64,000 bases of DNA, taken from assembly GCF_041956535.1 (NCBI RefSeq), contig NW_027192191.1:1437443-1501442 (forward strand). Reading direction: 5' to 3'. A model generated the notes under the pieces. It was not told the origin of the DNA. It was given only the letters and a program-made list of their open reading frames with translations, and ran no database searches. Origin of the DNA: Calcarisporiella thermophila CBS 279.70 (taxonomy: Eukaryota > Fungi > Calcarisporiellomycota). The translations under genes were made by a program, and so were the position numbers. This document shows, piece by piece, positions 12,487 to 23,233 of this stretch (the first letter of the stretch is position 1; each line of letters opens with the position of its first letter).

Positions 12487-13889
12487 TTATCTCTCCAAAG
12501 AAGAGCGAGTGATGATGGTTGGAGCCGGGGGCGGAGGGTACTATTAAAATGGCAAGATATCAATGGAGCAGACTAGTTAGTAGGATATGGAGAAATAAAC
12601 CCACCTTACGACCAGGTTGGTTGAAATGAACAGCTGACCACGGAGGAAAATCTCGTTCAAGTTGTATTATCTTGTCTTCCAATGCTTTAATTCTCTCAGG
12701 GATAGTGAAGTGCTGTCCCCTTGCTAAAATTCGCCCAAAACATATGTATCAATTAATAATTAGAGAAAAGCACGCGCTCAAGGCAGTTGAAAGTTACCAA
12801 ATCGTATGTTTAAGTGCTCCTCAATATTTCGAAGTCGCTCGTCAACCCCAGATTTGCTCTCTCCTACAGAGCTTGCTTGAGTGCCTACATACTGGTCCGA
12901 CGAGACATGGGACCTCGCTAAGGGACCATCTTCGTTGTGCACGACGTCCAATTTCATTTGAATATTACGGTTGATTTCCTGAGCATCGGTTCGAGCACAT
13001 GTTACAGTTTCTATTTTAAAAATAAATCACCACTTGTGAAAAAAAAAACACTAAAGCGCGAAATACCGTTTGCTGTGGCAGAAGAACGACGTAAGAACTC
13101 GGTACGATTGCTTTCGTTAATCCTTTCGCGCTTCTTCTGAATATAGGATTCTATGTGCTTATATATCTGTATTCGGTGATTAGAATGATGAACAAAAATA
13201 CTCATCAGATCAGTATACCTCTGAATTTGTTGCTCGGACTTGTACTTGTTCAGGATCTAATTGAAGCACCTTTTTTTTGGCCTCCAGAGCATCGTCATCT
13301 TCCATATTAATTATGAATAAGAACAAAGGCTGAAGTGAGTAATACATTCAACATCCACCTACCTTGAAGATTTGCGAAGCTTCGCTTGCGTGGCTCACTC
13401 CCACTATTTTCAATTGCTTCACTCGTTTCTATACGATGCCAATTCTGAAATATTAATATTACAAATTCCATCGTTATTAGGAATTCAGATTAATGAAACC
13501 GAATTAATTGCACAAACTATGAGATTCTCGGCCAGTTCTAGCACAAACTCAGGCGCCTTCTTGCGTTGTTGTCTCGAGAACAAAAGCATTTCTATCTGTA
13601 GACACCGACTGGTCTCCTGCAATTTCATCTAAAGAACAGAAATGGAATAATTTTAACGGAAACATTGAATTATCATATTAAGCCAGCAAGATAATACTTT
13701 TCCAAGAAACTCCAGCAAAGCCTTGCTCCAATCCATCACGGGTTCTGTAGTGTCTTTTCGATCATCATTGGGCCGTAAAGTATTATTGGATTCGTGCTCA
13801 TCGGTGGCATTCTCTGTAGGGGTTGTCTCGGATAAAGCTTGTGGTAGAGGATTTTCTTCAAGCTGGCTCTTTGGACTCTCCCCTGTCAT
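12487..13889 (-). CDS. MBIP: MAP3K12-binding inhibitory protein 1 homolog, multi-exon
   Basis: Spliced exons read QVQVRATNSEIYKHIESYIQKKRERINESNRTEF...TCARTDA...GVDERLRNIEEHLN...ERIKALEDKIIQLERDFPPW. This matches the MBIP blocks I..FI..K..EIN.NN..EF, CARTDA, EERL.NIE.HL and RIK.LEDKI..LE. Confidence 0.82.
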
Positions 13890-14052
13890 GTTTTATGAGC
13901 TATGGAAATACAACGTTTGTAATTTAAATGAAATTCTACCCTTTTGCCACAATAAGTAAATTATGCTGCGCACAACAAGTCATAAATATTTGTTTTTATA
14001 ATTTATTAGGCTTGCTTTTCATATTCTTAATATTCGCTATTAAAATTCACCC

Positions 14053-15113
14053 ATGCCACTGATAAAATCCACCGAGCACAAACCTGTGCATACCGATTCT
14101 GAAGAATCTTTCCACTCTGCCCAGAGTGCCACCTATGGGTCCACTCCAGATATATCTGATATTGAAGAGGACAAAAAAAACATCAGGCCGGAGGAGGACA
14201 GCGAGACAGAGGAGAGACACGAGGAAGATGCAGACTCAGAGGATGACGAGGATGCTGAAGATCTATTAAAGAAAGCGGAAGAAGCGCTGGCCAAACGACA
14301 AGAAGAAATGATGCGACTTGAGGATGAAACAGAAGAGCAAGATCGGTATGCACAAACATTATTATGTTGCTAAAGATTTTAACTAGTTACCAATATTGTG
14401 ATTCTTTTAGACAAATTCCGAAACTTGAATCCGGAATTGACCTCAATACCAATCTTTACATTAAGCGTGGCGGTAAAGTCGGCGTTGCTAGGCTTGAGAC
14501 AGGAATCATGATCAAAGAAAAGGCTGAGGGTAGTATCGCTTCAATGAATACTCTTAAAAGGCTTGAGAAATCCAATGGCGAGCAACGGCCCTCAAATAAG
14601 GATATGAAAGAGGTGCGTAGGCACATTGATGCTGGGTGGACATTGGAGTTTAACTTGCTTGATAAAATAGGAACGTGGGAAGACATCAGGCTCCAGCTGG
14701 TTCGACATGCCCAAACCAGACCTCACTCCAGAATTGAAACGAGATCTCCAGGTTCTTAAACTAAGAAACGTCATCGATCCGAAACGACATTATAAAAAAG
14801 AAGATACCAAGACAATCCCCAAATACTTCCAGGTAAACCTCTGGCCTCCACCCTCTGAGACCACTCATTTTCTCAATCCTTGTTTCTCTAGGTTGGGACC
14901 ATTGTTGAAGGGCCGACGGAGTTTTATTCATCGCGTATGACACGCAAGGAACGTAAGCGCACCATTGTTGATGAAGTAATGGGTGATGGTGAGATGCGAA
15001 AATATTACAAACGCAAGTTCCTGGAAGTGCAAGAGACCAAGCAATCAGGGGGGAAAAAGGACAAGAGAAAAGCGGAGAAGCAAAAGAAAGCAGCCTGGAA
15101 GACGGCATACTGA
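14053..15113 (+). CDS. FCF2: Fcf2/DNTTIP2 pre-rRNA processing protein
   Basis: WFDMPKPDLTPELKRDLQVLKLRNVIDPKRHYKK...PKYFQ|VGTIVEGPTEFYSSRMTRKERKRTIVDEVM is the Fcf2 domain. Acidic N-terminus, 3 introns, TGA at 15111-15113. Confidence 0.92.
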
Positions 15114-15402
15114 ATCTCTTACTTCATTGTGTTTAATACTGACTACACACCCTTTGTACAGCCTATTTACCAGTTTCTTATATCATGTATTGTTCTTTTT
15201 ATGATAATAGAATAAGCTTATATAAAAATTTAAATATCTTGGTGCAAATAATAAGCCAATCAGCAGGAGCAGAATATAAAAAATACATTATTAAACAAGA
15301 AGACGTGCAATGGGTCAGATACGCCAAGTTCAAAAAATATACAAGAAGCAGACTGCACCCAGTAAAAGAGAAATGAGAGGAGGGTATCATCAACCGAGCA
15401 TT

Positions 15403-17501
15403 TCAACACAAATCCAGTCGTACTCGCACATTTTTTGCCAGTCGTGCTAGTCGAAGAGCTGCCTCACCCATCACCGGGTTTCCTCGGAGAGTCAAAAACC
15501 GTACCCCTGCAAGCGACGAGTTCATAGCTCTCACCAGCGACTCTGCACCATCGGGACCAATCTGATTCCTATCCAAATCGAGGGTGGAGAGGGAGTGATT
15601 TTTCATCAGGCCTACCGCCAAAAACTCGGCCCCAGCATTCTCAATATAATTTTCGGCAAGAACCAGTGTGCGCAGGGTGGTGTTGGCCTCAAGAGCGCGT
15701 GCAAGATATTCGCAACCTTTGGATCCAATCTTGTTATATCCTAAATGCAGCGTACAGAGAACGCTGTTGATCCGGAGGCTATGAGCTAGTTGCTCGCACC
15801 CTTTGGAGCCAATTTCATTAGCACGCAGATCGAGGAAACGGATGCGACGGTTCAACGAAAGGGCACGACCGAGCGCTTCGGCGCCACGATTACGAGTATT
15901 GTTCCAGGAGAGATCGATATGCTCGAGGGCCACGTTGGGATGCTCCAATGTCCGGGCGAAGACCTCAATGCCTAGCAAGAATAAAGTTAGAGCTCATTCG
16001 ATGATGAAGAAGGGGGGAGGGGAGGAGAGAAGGATAATAACGATAGAAATACCTTTGTCTCCGATCTCATTTCCACTCAAATCAATAAAAGTCAGCGTCT
16101 GATTTACATCCAATGCTTTCGCAATATGCTCCAAGCCTTGATCCGACACACAATTGTCTGTCAGATCCAGGCTTCGCAGCCTGTGATTCACCCGAATAGC
16201 CTTGGCAAGCAACACGGCGCCCAGATTCTCGATCTCGCTTCCCTTGAGGTTCACCTTCACAAGGGTGTCGTTTTCCATGAGCGTTTCCGCGAACAATTGC
16301 CAGCTGGGGCCAGGCTGAAAGTCCAGCGCATGCAGCGAGCGTATTGCGGGGTTGTACTTGAGAATACTTTTGAGCTGGTCGGCAGTACTCACGTCTGCCG
16401 CGTGCAACCGTAGTGTGGTGAGTTGGTCAAGATCCTTGATGGTCTCTTGCTGTAGCTGATCTATCCGCTTTTCAAGCGCGAGAGTTTGGAGGCGGATGGC
16501 GGTAAACGCCTCCTTGAGAGGCTCATATTTGCAATGGCTAAGATGATGGCCGATTTTCTCGCGCTCAACCATCTCAGTGCAACCGCCCATGTGCCCGAGA
16601 ATGTTGCGGTGTGGACAAGGGATCACGCGTTTAGGGCATACCTCGTCATGCTCGTATTGGTCACAAAGTCTAAACACTGCATGACACATTTTACAGGGCA
16701 CCTCTCTATTAATGCAGTCATTCGATACGTGTTCCTTGAGAAAATGGAATGAATGATAGCGAGTGAGTGAAGATATTCATGAAGGCCGACAGAGGATGAC
16801 CATCTACCTTGAGCTCCTCTTCCTTATAGAATTTCTTGGAACATCCAAGAGAACAAGAAATCATTTTAAAGGCGCAACTTTTACGATGTTCATCGATTAG
16901 TTTACGAGGCAATATGGCTTTGCAATCTATGGACACCAGGTTAGTAACCACCAGAACAAAAATAATGGAACTTAGAGAGACGGCCTCACCTGGATATTCT
17001 TCATGAACGTTACAATAGACCAGCATTTCCTGGCACTCCGTCTACAGAAATAGAATAGAGTTAATATTTCGGGGAGATAGGAAACCAAGCACCGCCAGTG
17101 AACATCACCTTTAAGTGGTGCACTAATTCGTCGCGTCGGCCCACCCATGCACAGCTCTCCCAGAAACACCGTACCTCTAGCTGATTCACTATGCGCTCGA
17201 TTCGAACCGACCGTTTTAATTCCATCTCGTTCAAAGGGGCTCTGCAAAGAGCACATGTTTTGCTGCGCGCAATTGCACTCAAAATACAAGAACGGCAAAA
17301 GTGATGTCGGCAACGACGTGCTTGCGCGACATCCACAAATACATCATGACAAATACTGCAGATGAGATCGGGGTCTATACCCTCGGGATCGACATAACGG
17401 CATTCTTGCTGTGCTTTCTGCAGAATTTGCTCAGGGGTGTTAGAGAGTGGTGGGGCTGAAGAGGAGAGCGGTGGGGCTGAGGAAGACGGCGGAGGGTTCA
17501 T
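15403..17501 (-). CDS. RING (C3HC4) + TRAF-type zinc fingers + coiled coil + RI-like leucine-rich repeats; putative E3 ligase
   Basis: RING CSICHDVF...CRHHFCRSCI...CALCR; TRAF/SIAH fingers (LEVRC..C.W.G....HHLKEC, HRKSCAFKMISCSLGC, HDEVCPKRVIPC); coiled coil LQTLALEKRIDQLQQE; about 10 LxxLxLxxNxIxxxGxxxLAxAL repeats; 4 introns. Confidence 0.85.
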
Positions 17502-18190
17502 TCCTCGAAGTTCAGGGGGTTAACCGTGGATGGGACAGCCTCGCCTATATGGGAATCAAGGAAGAGTGAAATGGCTCTAAGCAGAAGAGGGACAAGCTAA
17601 GTTGTGGAGGTGGGATTAGTCAATGTACAATTAGTAATGCTACTCTCGCTTCCCTCGTACTACTTTTCCGAGAAAATTCCCCTGTTCCAACTCATTTTGA
17701 GAGGGGCTTTTCCATTTTTATCGCCCAATTTCGAGTTTTGCAGGGTCTTCGGTCATTGAGCAGCTCAATCAGGTACCCTTCTCTCTCACTTGAAGATGCT
17801 GGGGAAAAATTCCCCGCCTGTTTCCACTGGATCCCATCTATGGCTGTTCTCCTTCGTAACAGAGAGGGTATCCCAAGGGGTCATTTTGGACTGCCGAGGA
17901 TTCTGGGATATTTCGTTAAGAGCCTGACATATGCATTTCACTCTTAATAAATACGTCAAACACAGCTTGCTAAAAAAGACCCATCTAACTAGGATGCGGG
18001 TTCCTTTATTTTATTGACAGTTTTTGTAACAACAAAACGATACCTCAAGAGAAGGTAAACAAAAGGGGTTCTATCCTCACTTAAAACAAAGATAAAAATA
18101 TGTGTGGAAAAGAATGCAAACCAATGATTCAGTGAAAGTCACAAAGGACGGGGCATAACCAAAAGAAAAGACAACAAAGATGGGAGAAAG

Positions 18191-19285
18191 TTACTTGTTT
18201 GAACGAAGACCCATAATAACAACAGAGATTGCAACAGTAGCAGCACACGCGTTTATCCACATAAAGGCAAAGACGAAACTAGTACAAAAGCAACCACGGT
18301 CACAATCGATCACCACCATGCGAACGTTTGGATATGCTTACCTTAAAGTGTGATTCTGCATAATATAAAGACGGAAGAAAGTCATGGAAAGAGTGGTAAT
18401 AAGCACAACAGGAAGTAGAACTACAATCAGCACCACCACCCCACGGATTTTGTTGTAGCTCCGTTTAATCTCGCAGAGCCGCTTAGCGAACACGTTGGTC
18501 TTCAGTCCATGGGATAAGGACTCCACTGAGGAGTCGTGCCGCGCGTTTACCTCAAACACTTCGATATTTCTTGCAAGGATTAAGATCAACTGTCTTCCAA
18601 AGAAGATGTAGAACGAAAACATCACCACGATAAATATGCCCCACATCAGATAGAGACCGGTCACGAGCTGGCCATAGCCTTTCAGATTCCCACCATCGTA
18701 CACAACACCCGCCGCCGTGGCGAGCCCCTGGTTGAGGGCCATGGGCAGAAGCACCAAGGTAAACATGATCGAGGTGAGCTGGAAAGGCGAAGGAAGGAGG
18801 GTGCGCCCTGAGTTGGTCAAGCCTATATCGCTATAGCTATGGGGCGTGGCGAAGATCAGCCCGCTAAGATAGAATACAATGGCCGCGGCGGCAAACGGCC
18901 ACGCGGCATTGCCCCAGTTCTCACGAGCAAGCATTGACATGGGCACATTGTTAAATATCAGGGCGGCGAACACGGCGCGGAGGATAAAGAAGAGCATAGC
19001 GAAGAGGACAAACATCTCCGTCGGCTTTGGGTAGAAGGCCAGCTCCCGCTGCGACCATTCGAACAGGCGCTGGCGCCGCCGAATGGTACGGTCGAACAAG
19101 ATATAGCCACATAAAAGCACGAAAAGGGCGCTGAAGATGAAGTGGGCAAGATAGACCGCCGCGACAAACTGTCCCCCGAAACAATTCTCAATAGTGACGC
19201 GCCAATCACAAAAGGGGGTATCGTCGCTAACGTTGTCGTTGAACAGTAGGGAGCGTTGCAAAAGGAGCCTGCTTACAACCGCCAT
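18191..19285 (-). CDS. Seven-transmembrane (GPCR-like) membrane protein
   Basis: ORF 18338..19285 has six hydrophobic helices and an N-terminal CDWRxxxxxC motif. A GTAAGC intron adds a seventh helix (SFVFAFMWINACAATVAISVVIMGL), stop at 18191. Confidence 0.7.
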
Positions 19286-20260
19286 AGACGTGACAAAGCG
19301 TGTGGGGTAAAGGTGCTAAGGAAGGAGAAGAACAGGGAAAAATCCGGGGACAAGGATGTGCCAAGGACCCCTATAAGGCGGGGGGCCCTTGTATCGGATG
19401 TGAGTGAGGAGTGTTTTCGGCTTTGTCACTTGATGTTGCATTCTCTATTCCGTTTTCTCTCTGAACCGCTGTTTGTTTGTTTTTGCTTGACGATGTCAAC
19501 AGATCGCTATATTGCGTGTTTAGAATGATTGAACAAATGGGAAGGCTTCCCATCGCGCTATCATCTCCTTGCATGCGAATGTAGCACAGCAGCTATCGAA
19601 TCGATGGGGGAGCCCTCGGTGGAAAATCCCTCCACCTTTCTCCTCGCACATTGTGAATGAGATCAACAAAATTGCAACGGCTTCCTTCTACTAATCTGCT
19701 GTATCCCTTGATCTCTTCACCGGCGCCAGAACCTCTGTGTTCCCTTCCAAGCCGCCTTTTGACTACTTTTTCCTTCTCTATTCCGGATATAACCCATCAA
19801 CTTACAGTCGTAGACATTGGTTGAAATTGAACGGGAGCCGCATGTCTGGCAGCTGCTTAATCCTCCAGGGAAAGCTTCCAAGGTCATCGGCAGCGCCAGC
19901 TCGGGTGGTGCGTGCTGTTTTTCAAGCCCGCGGTCGCTCGTCTAACGAACGGAGAGGATACAGGATGCCTGGCACTCATTGCCGATTCCACCGCAATATC
20001 GGTGGAGGCGTTCTTGTATGGTGACGATCATCCGGTGCTCTATGGTGTTGTAATATTGCTGGCTTCTGCAGTTCCGAAAAGGTTGGTGTTCGGTGGTGGA
20101 GGCGGAGCATAATCGATTTTCCCAATCTTTTGACAAGCCCCGATTGGAACATCGATTGCGGGAGTCTAAGGTCGCGTCAATTTCCTGATTTGTTTTTTTT
20201 TATTTACACATTCGCCAACCATATTGCCTTCTTTCCCCTATTCAAGTGTCCCCTCTTGCA

Positions 20261-22122
20261 ATGTTGCCGACGGAAGTATACAACGCCTGCGTCTATGTTC
20301 CCCTTGCTCTATTCTTTGCATTGGGATGCTATACCGGCCTGAGGTTCCGTGAGGAGAATAAAAAGCTCGAGGATTTCCTTGGAGCCGTGCGTTCTCAGTC
20401 AGCCCTCACCCTGGGAATCAACTTTTTTGCCGCATGTAACTAACAGCTGTTGTTTTTGCAAATGATTTGCTCCGCTTTTGCTTATCGCTTGTTTTGTTTT
20501 TTCTTGCTCATGTTCATTTTATAGCCGTTGGAACATGGATTCTCACCACACTACCAGATGTCGCCACCATTGCAGGACTCCAGGGGCTTATCGTCTATGT
20601 TATCGCTTGTGTCGCGCCTATCCTCTTGCTCTCCGTTCTTGGTCCCATCATTCGCCGCAAGAACCCCGATGGCTTCACGCTTAACCAATTCATTTACAAG
20701 CGATTCGGGCGGGTCGAGCACCTTTTTGTCAGTATCATCACGATTATTTACATGGCGGCCTTGTTAATCGGAGAGCTTAGCGCAGCATATCAAGTGTTCG
20801 ACATGCTGACCGGGATTAATCCGTTGCCCGTGGTGATAGTTGTAGTGATTCTTACCTCAATTTATATTGGTAATTCACCATTTTCCGATGGTCGTATGTC
20901 TCAGGACTAACAAGCCATCGTATCCATAGCGGTGGGCGGTTTCCGTGCCTCTTTGATGACAGACTCGTTCCAAGGCTGGATCATCCTGGCTTTGGTTATC
21001 ATCGGGGCGATCACGGCGGGGACCAGTGTCAAGGTCACCCACGAAAACATCGTCGCAAACCCATGGGTCACCCAACAAACGAAGATAGGGTGGGAACTGC
21101 TCTATATTCTGCCAGCCGCCGTGACAGGAGCCAACCTCTTCCACCAGGTAACCCGGCTATTGACCTCTGGTTGACCGAGTTTCTCTCTAACCGGATCTTG
21201 CTCTCCCAAGGGCTTCTGGCAACGCACCTTTGCATCGCGCACCGATCGCGATCTCCTCTATGCCGTCGTTATTGGGGTTACTCTGATGCTCCCCGTCCTC
21301 TTCCTCGTTGGATTTACCGGCATCCTTGCTGCTTGGGCCGGGGTCTTCCCTGGGCCTGATCCAGAGAACCCCGTTCCCGGCTACCTCACCTTCTTTGCCT
21401 TGTTCAAGCTGCTACCGGACTGGGTCGTCGCGATGATTGTGGTGCTCGCTGCAAGTCTGATGTGCTGCTCCGTGGACACCCTACAGTCAGCCCTTATTTC
21501 CACGCTGTCGAGCGACCTCTTTTCCAACCGTGTGCCGCTGCTGGGAGTGCGGGTGATCTGTGTCGTGATCAACGTCCCCATCGTCATTCTGGCCCTCAAG
21601 AACGTGGACCTGCTACAAGTGTTCCTTGTGGCTGATCTGCTTGCCTGCGCCACCATCCCTCCCGTGATGCTGGGGCTGAGCGACAGACTCTTCTTCCTCA
21701 ACGGAGAGGATGCCCTCATCGGCGGCCTAGGCGGTCTCTTCAGCGTGTTTATCTTCGGATGGGCGTATCTTGGTGACGCTCTCAGTGGAATCAGGCTTTT
21801 GATTCTACCCAACGGCCTCTATGCCGATAACGAAGAGGTCTTGGGGGCTTTCCTTGCTGCTCCCGTGGGCGCCATTGTCTTTTGCTTTATCAGCTTTGGC
21901 GTAAGGCAGGCGGTTCGGGTGCTGTGGTCGCGTGTTCAGGGCAAACCTTACGAGTTCCCGAAAAATCCCGCACACCTGAGCATGACTCTCCCACGGTCCG
22001 ACGTCGGTGCGGATCCATTGTCGACGCATGAGGGCCACTATGGGGCGTGTGCCGACGAGGAGCGAGCAATGAATTCAAAACTGGCCGCCGAGGAGGGGAA
22101 AAAGGACGTCCTTCCCAACTAA
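20261..22122 (+). CDS. DUR31: Sodium:solute symporter (SSS/DUR3 family), DUR31/NCU01977-like; probable thiamine or thiamine-precursor transporter
   Basis: 4 exons. Motifs INFFAASVGTWIL, GFTLNQFIYKRFG, GGFRASLMTDSFQG, LFHQGFWQRTFAS and SVDTLQSA; more than 12 TM helices; TPP aptamer in the 3' region. Confidence 0.88.
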
Positions 22123-22153
22123 TATCCGTGTGCTTCATAATATCTTTTTCGCC

Positions 22154-22882
22154 GTAAGTATTTAATTTCTCTTCGCCTCACCCCCTTCTCTCCTCTATAT
22201 ACTATTCCCCTATTTTTTTATTATATATATATACACATATCTTAATTTATGAAGTCGGTTCACTTCCCCCTTATCCCTCTATAGATTTAGATTTTTAGAT
22301 TTTATTTATTCGCTTATTTATATATACATATATACATGGTGGAGGGGGGTTTTACTTTGGTTGTGGGGCTGGAATAAAATGGATGGGGTGGGATGAACCT
22401 CCTCCATTTTCTTTTCCAATCCCATTTTGCTCTCTCCATTATGGAGAGGGAAGGGGAGGGGAGGAATGGAGAATGGGGGAGGTTTGTTCGTATTTCATTT
22501 TTTTTTATTTTGAAAAATGGGCTACGGGTGGTTGATCTGCTCCATGTGAAGCAGCTCAGCCTGAGATATTACCGTCTGAACTTGACCATGGTTAATACCT
22601 GCGGAAGGAATGCCTATTTTTCATTCTACGGTTATTTTTCCCTTTTCACCCCCTTTGCCTTGCTCTGCTGGTTTGGCTCGGTGATGGTTCCACGTGTGCT
22701 TGAGACCGTTCCCATAGCGATTGGGGCGTAAGTAGAAACAAGGTTGCAGGAGAGGGGTGGGACGAACCAGGAGGGAAGGCGGGGAGGGAAAGAAATGGGG
22801 AGATATCATATTAGGTTAGGTTGTGTGCTTGTGCTTTATCACAGGCCACCCTGAACCTAATCTAGTTTCCTATGCGCCTCAG
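22154..22882 (+). other. Predicted 3'-UTR intron(s) carrying the riboswitch (22154-22717 and 22728-22882, with a 10-nt exon between)
   Basis: Consensus donor GTAAGT at 22154; acceptor CCCATAG ending 22717; second donor GTAAGT at 22728; branch point CCTAAT 22856-61 and acceptor CCTCAG ending 22882. Confidence 0.65.
22511..22623 (+). promoter_or_regulatory. TPP (THI-box) riboswitch aptamer in the 3' UTR of the SSS transporter
   Basis: P1 TGAAAAATGGGC (22511-22) pairs with GCCTATTTTTCA (22612-23), 12 bp. P2 ACGG/CCGT. P3 GGTTGA-CTGCT/AGCAG-TCAGCC. Invariant TGAGA (22562-66), GAA-CTTGA, P5 CATGG/CCTG with loop TTAATA, then CG-GAAGGA. All conserved TPP aptamer elements are present and in order. 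Confidence 0.95.
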
Positions 22883-23233
22883 GGAGGAGGAGCAAATGAG
22901 AAGGGATCAATCCAAATTAAAGTCGATAGCACAAAAGTGGTGAATGCGAAAAATTTTCAACAGAGTGCCACGAGACACGTAGCAGGGCTAGTGACGATAG
23001 TAACAAAAGGGATGGGGGGGGGGGGGCACAGCTGTAGTAGGAGGACTGGTCGCGGTCAAGGAAGTGGGGGTAGCAGTAGAGGTAAACGTGTATTAACAAA
23101 AGCACACACAAATAAGAAGGAACGGAATGGAATATACAAATAGATACAGTATTAGACAATATTCGCATTTCTACATCACATACACAGACCGCCATCCATT
23201 AAATAATGACCTTGCTGATCACAGATCAGCAGG

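Noticed and set aside
19737-20136. Short ORFs between the 7TM gene and the SSS transporter
   Set aside because: Most lack an ATG start and none has a recognisable domain; probably divergent promoter sequence. No second TPP aptamer was seen at the 5' side.
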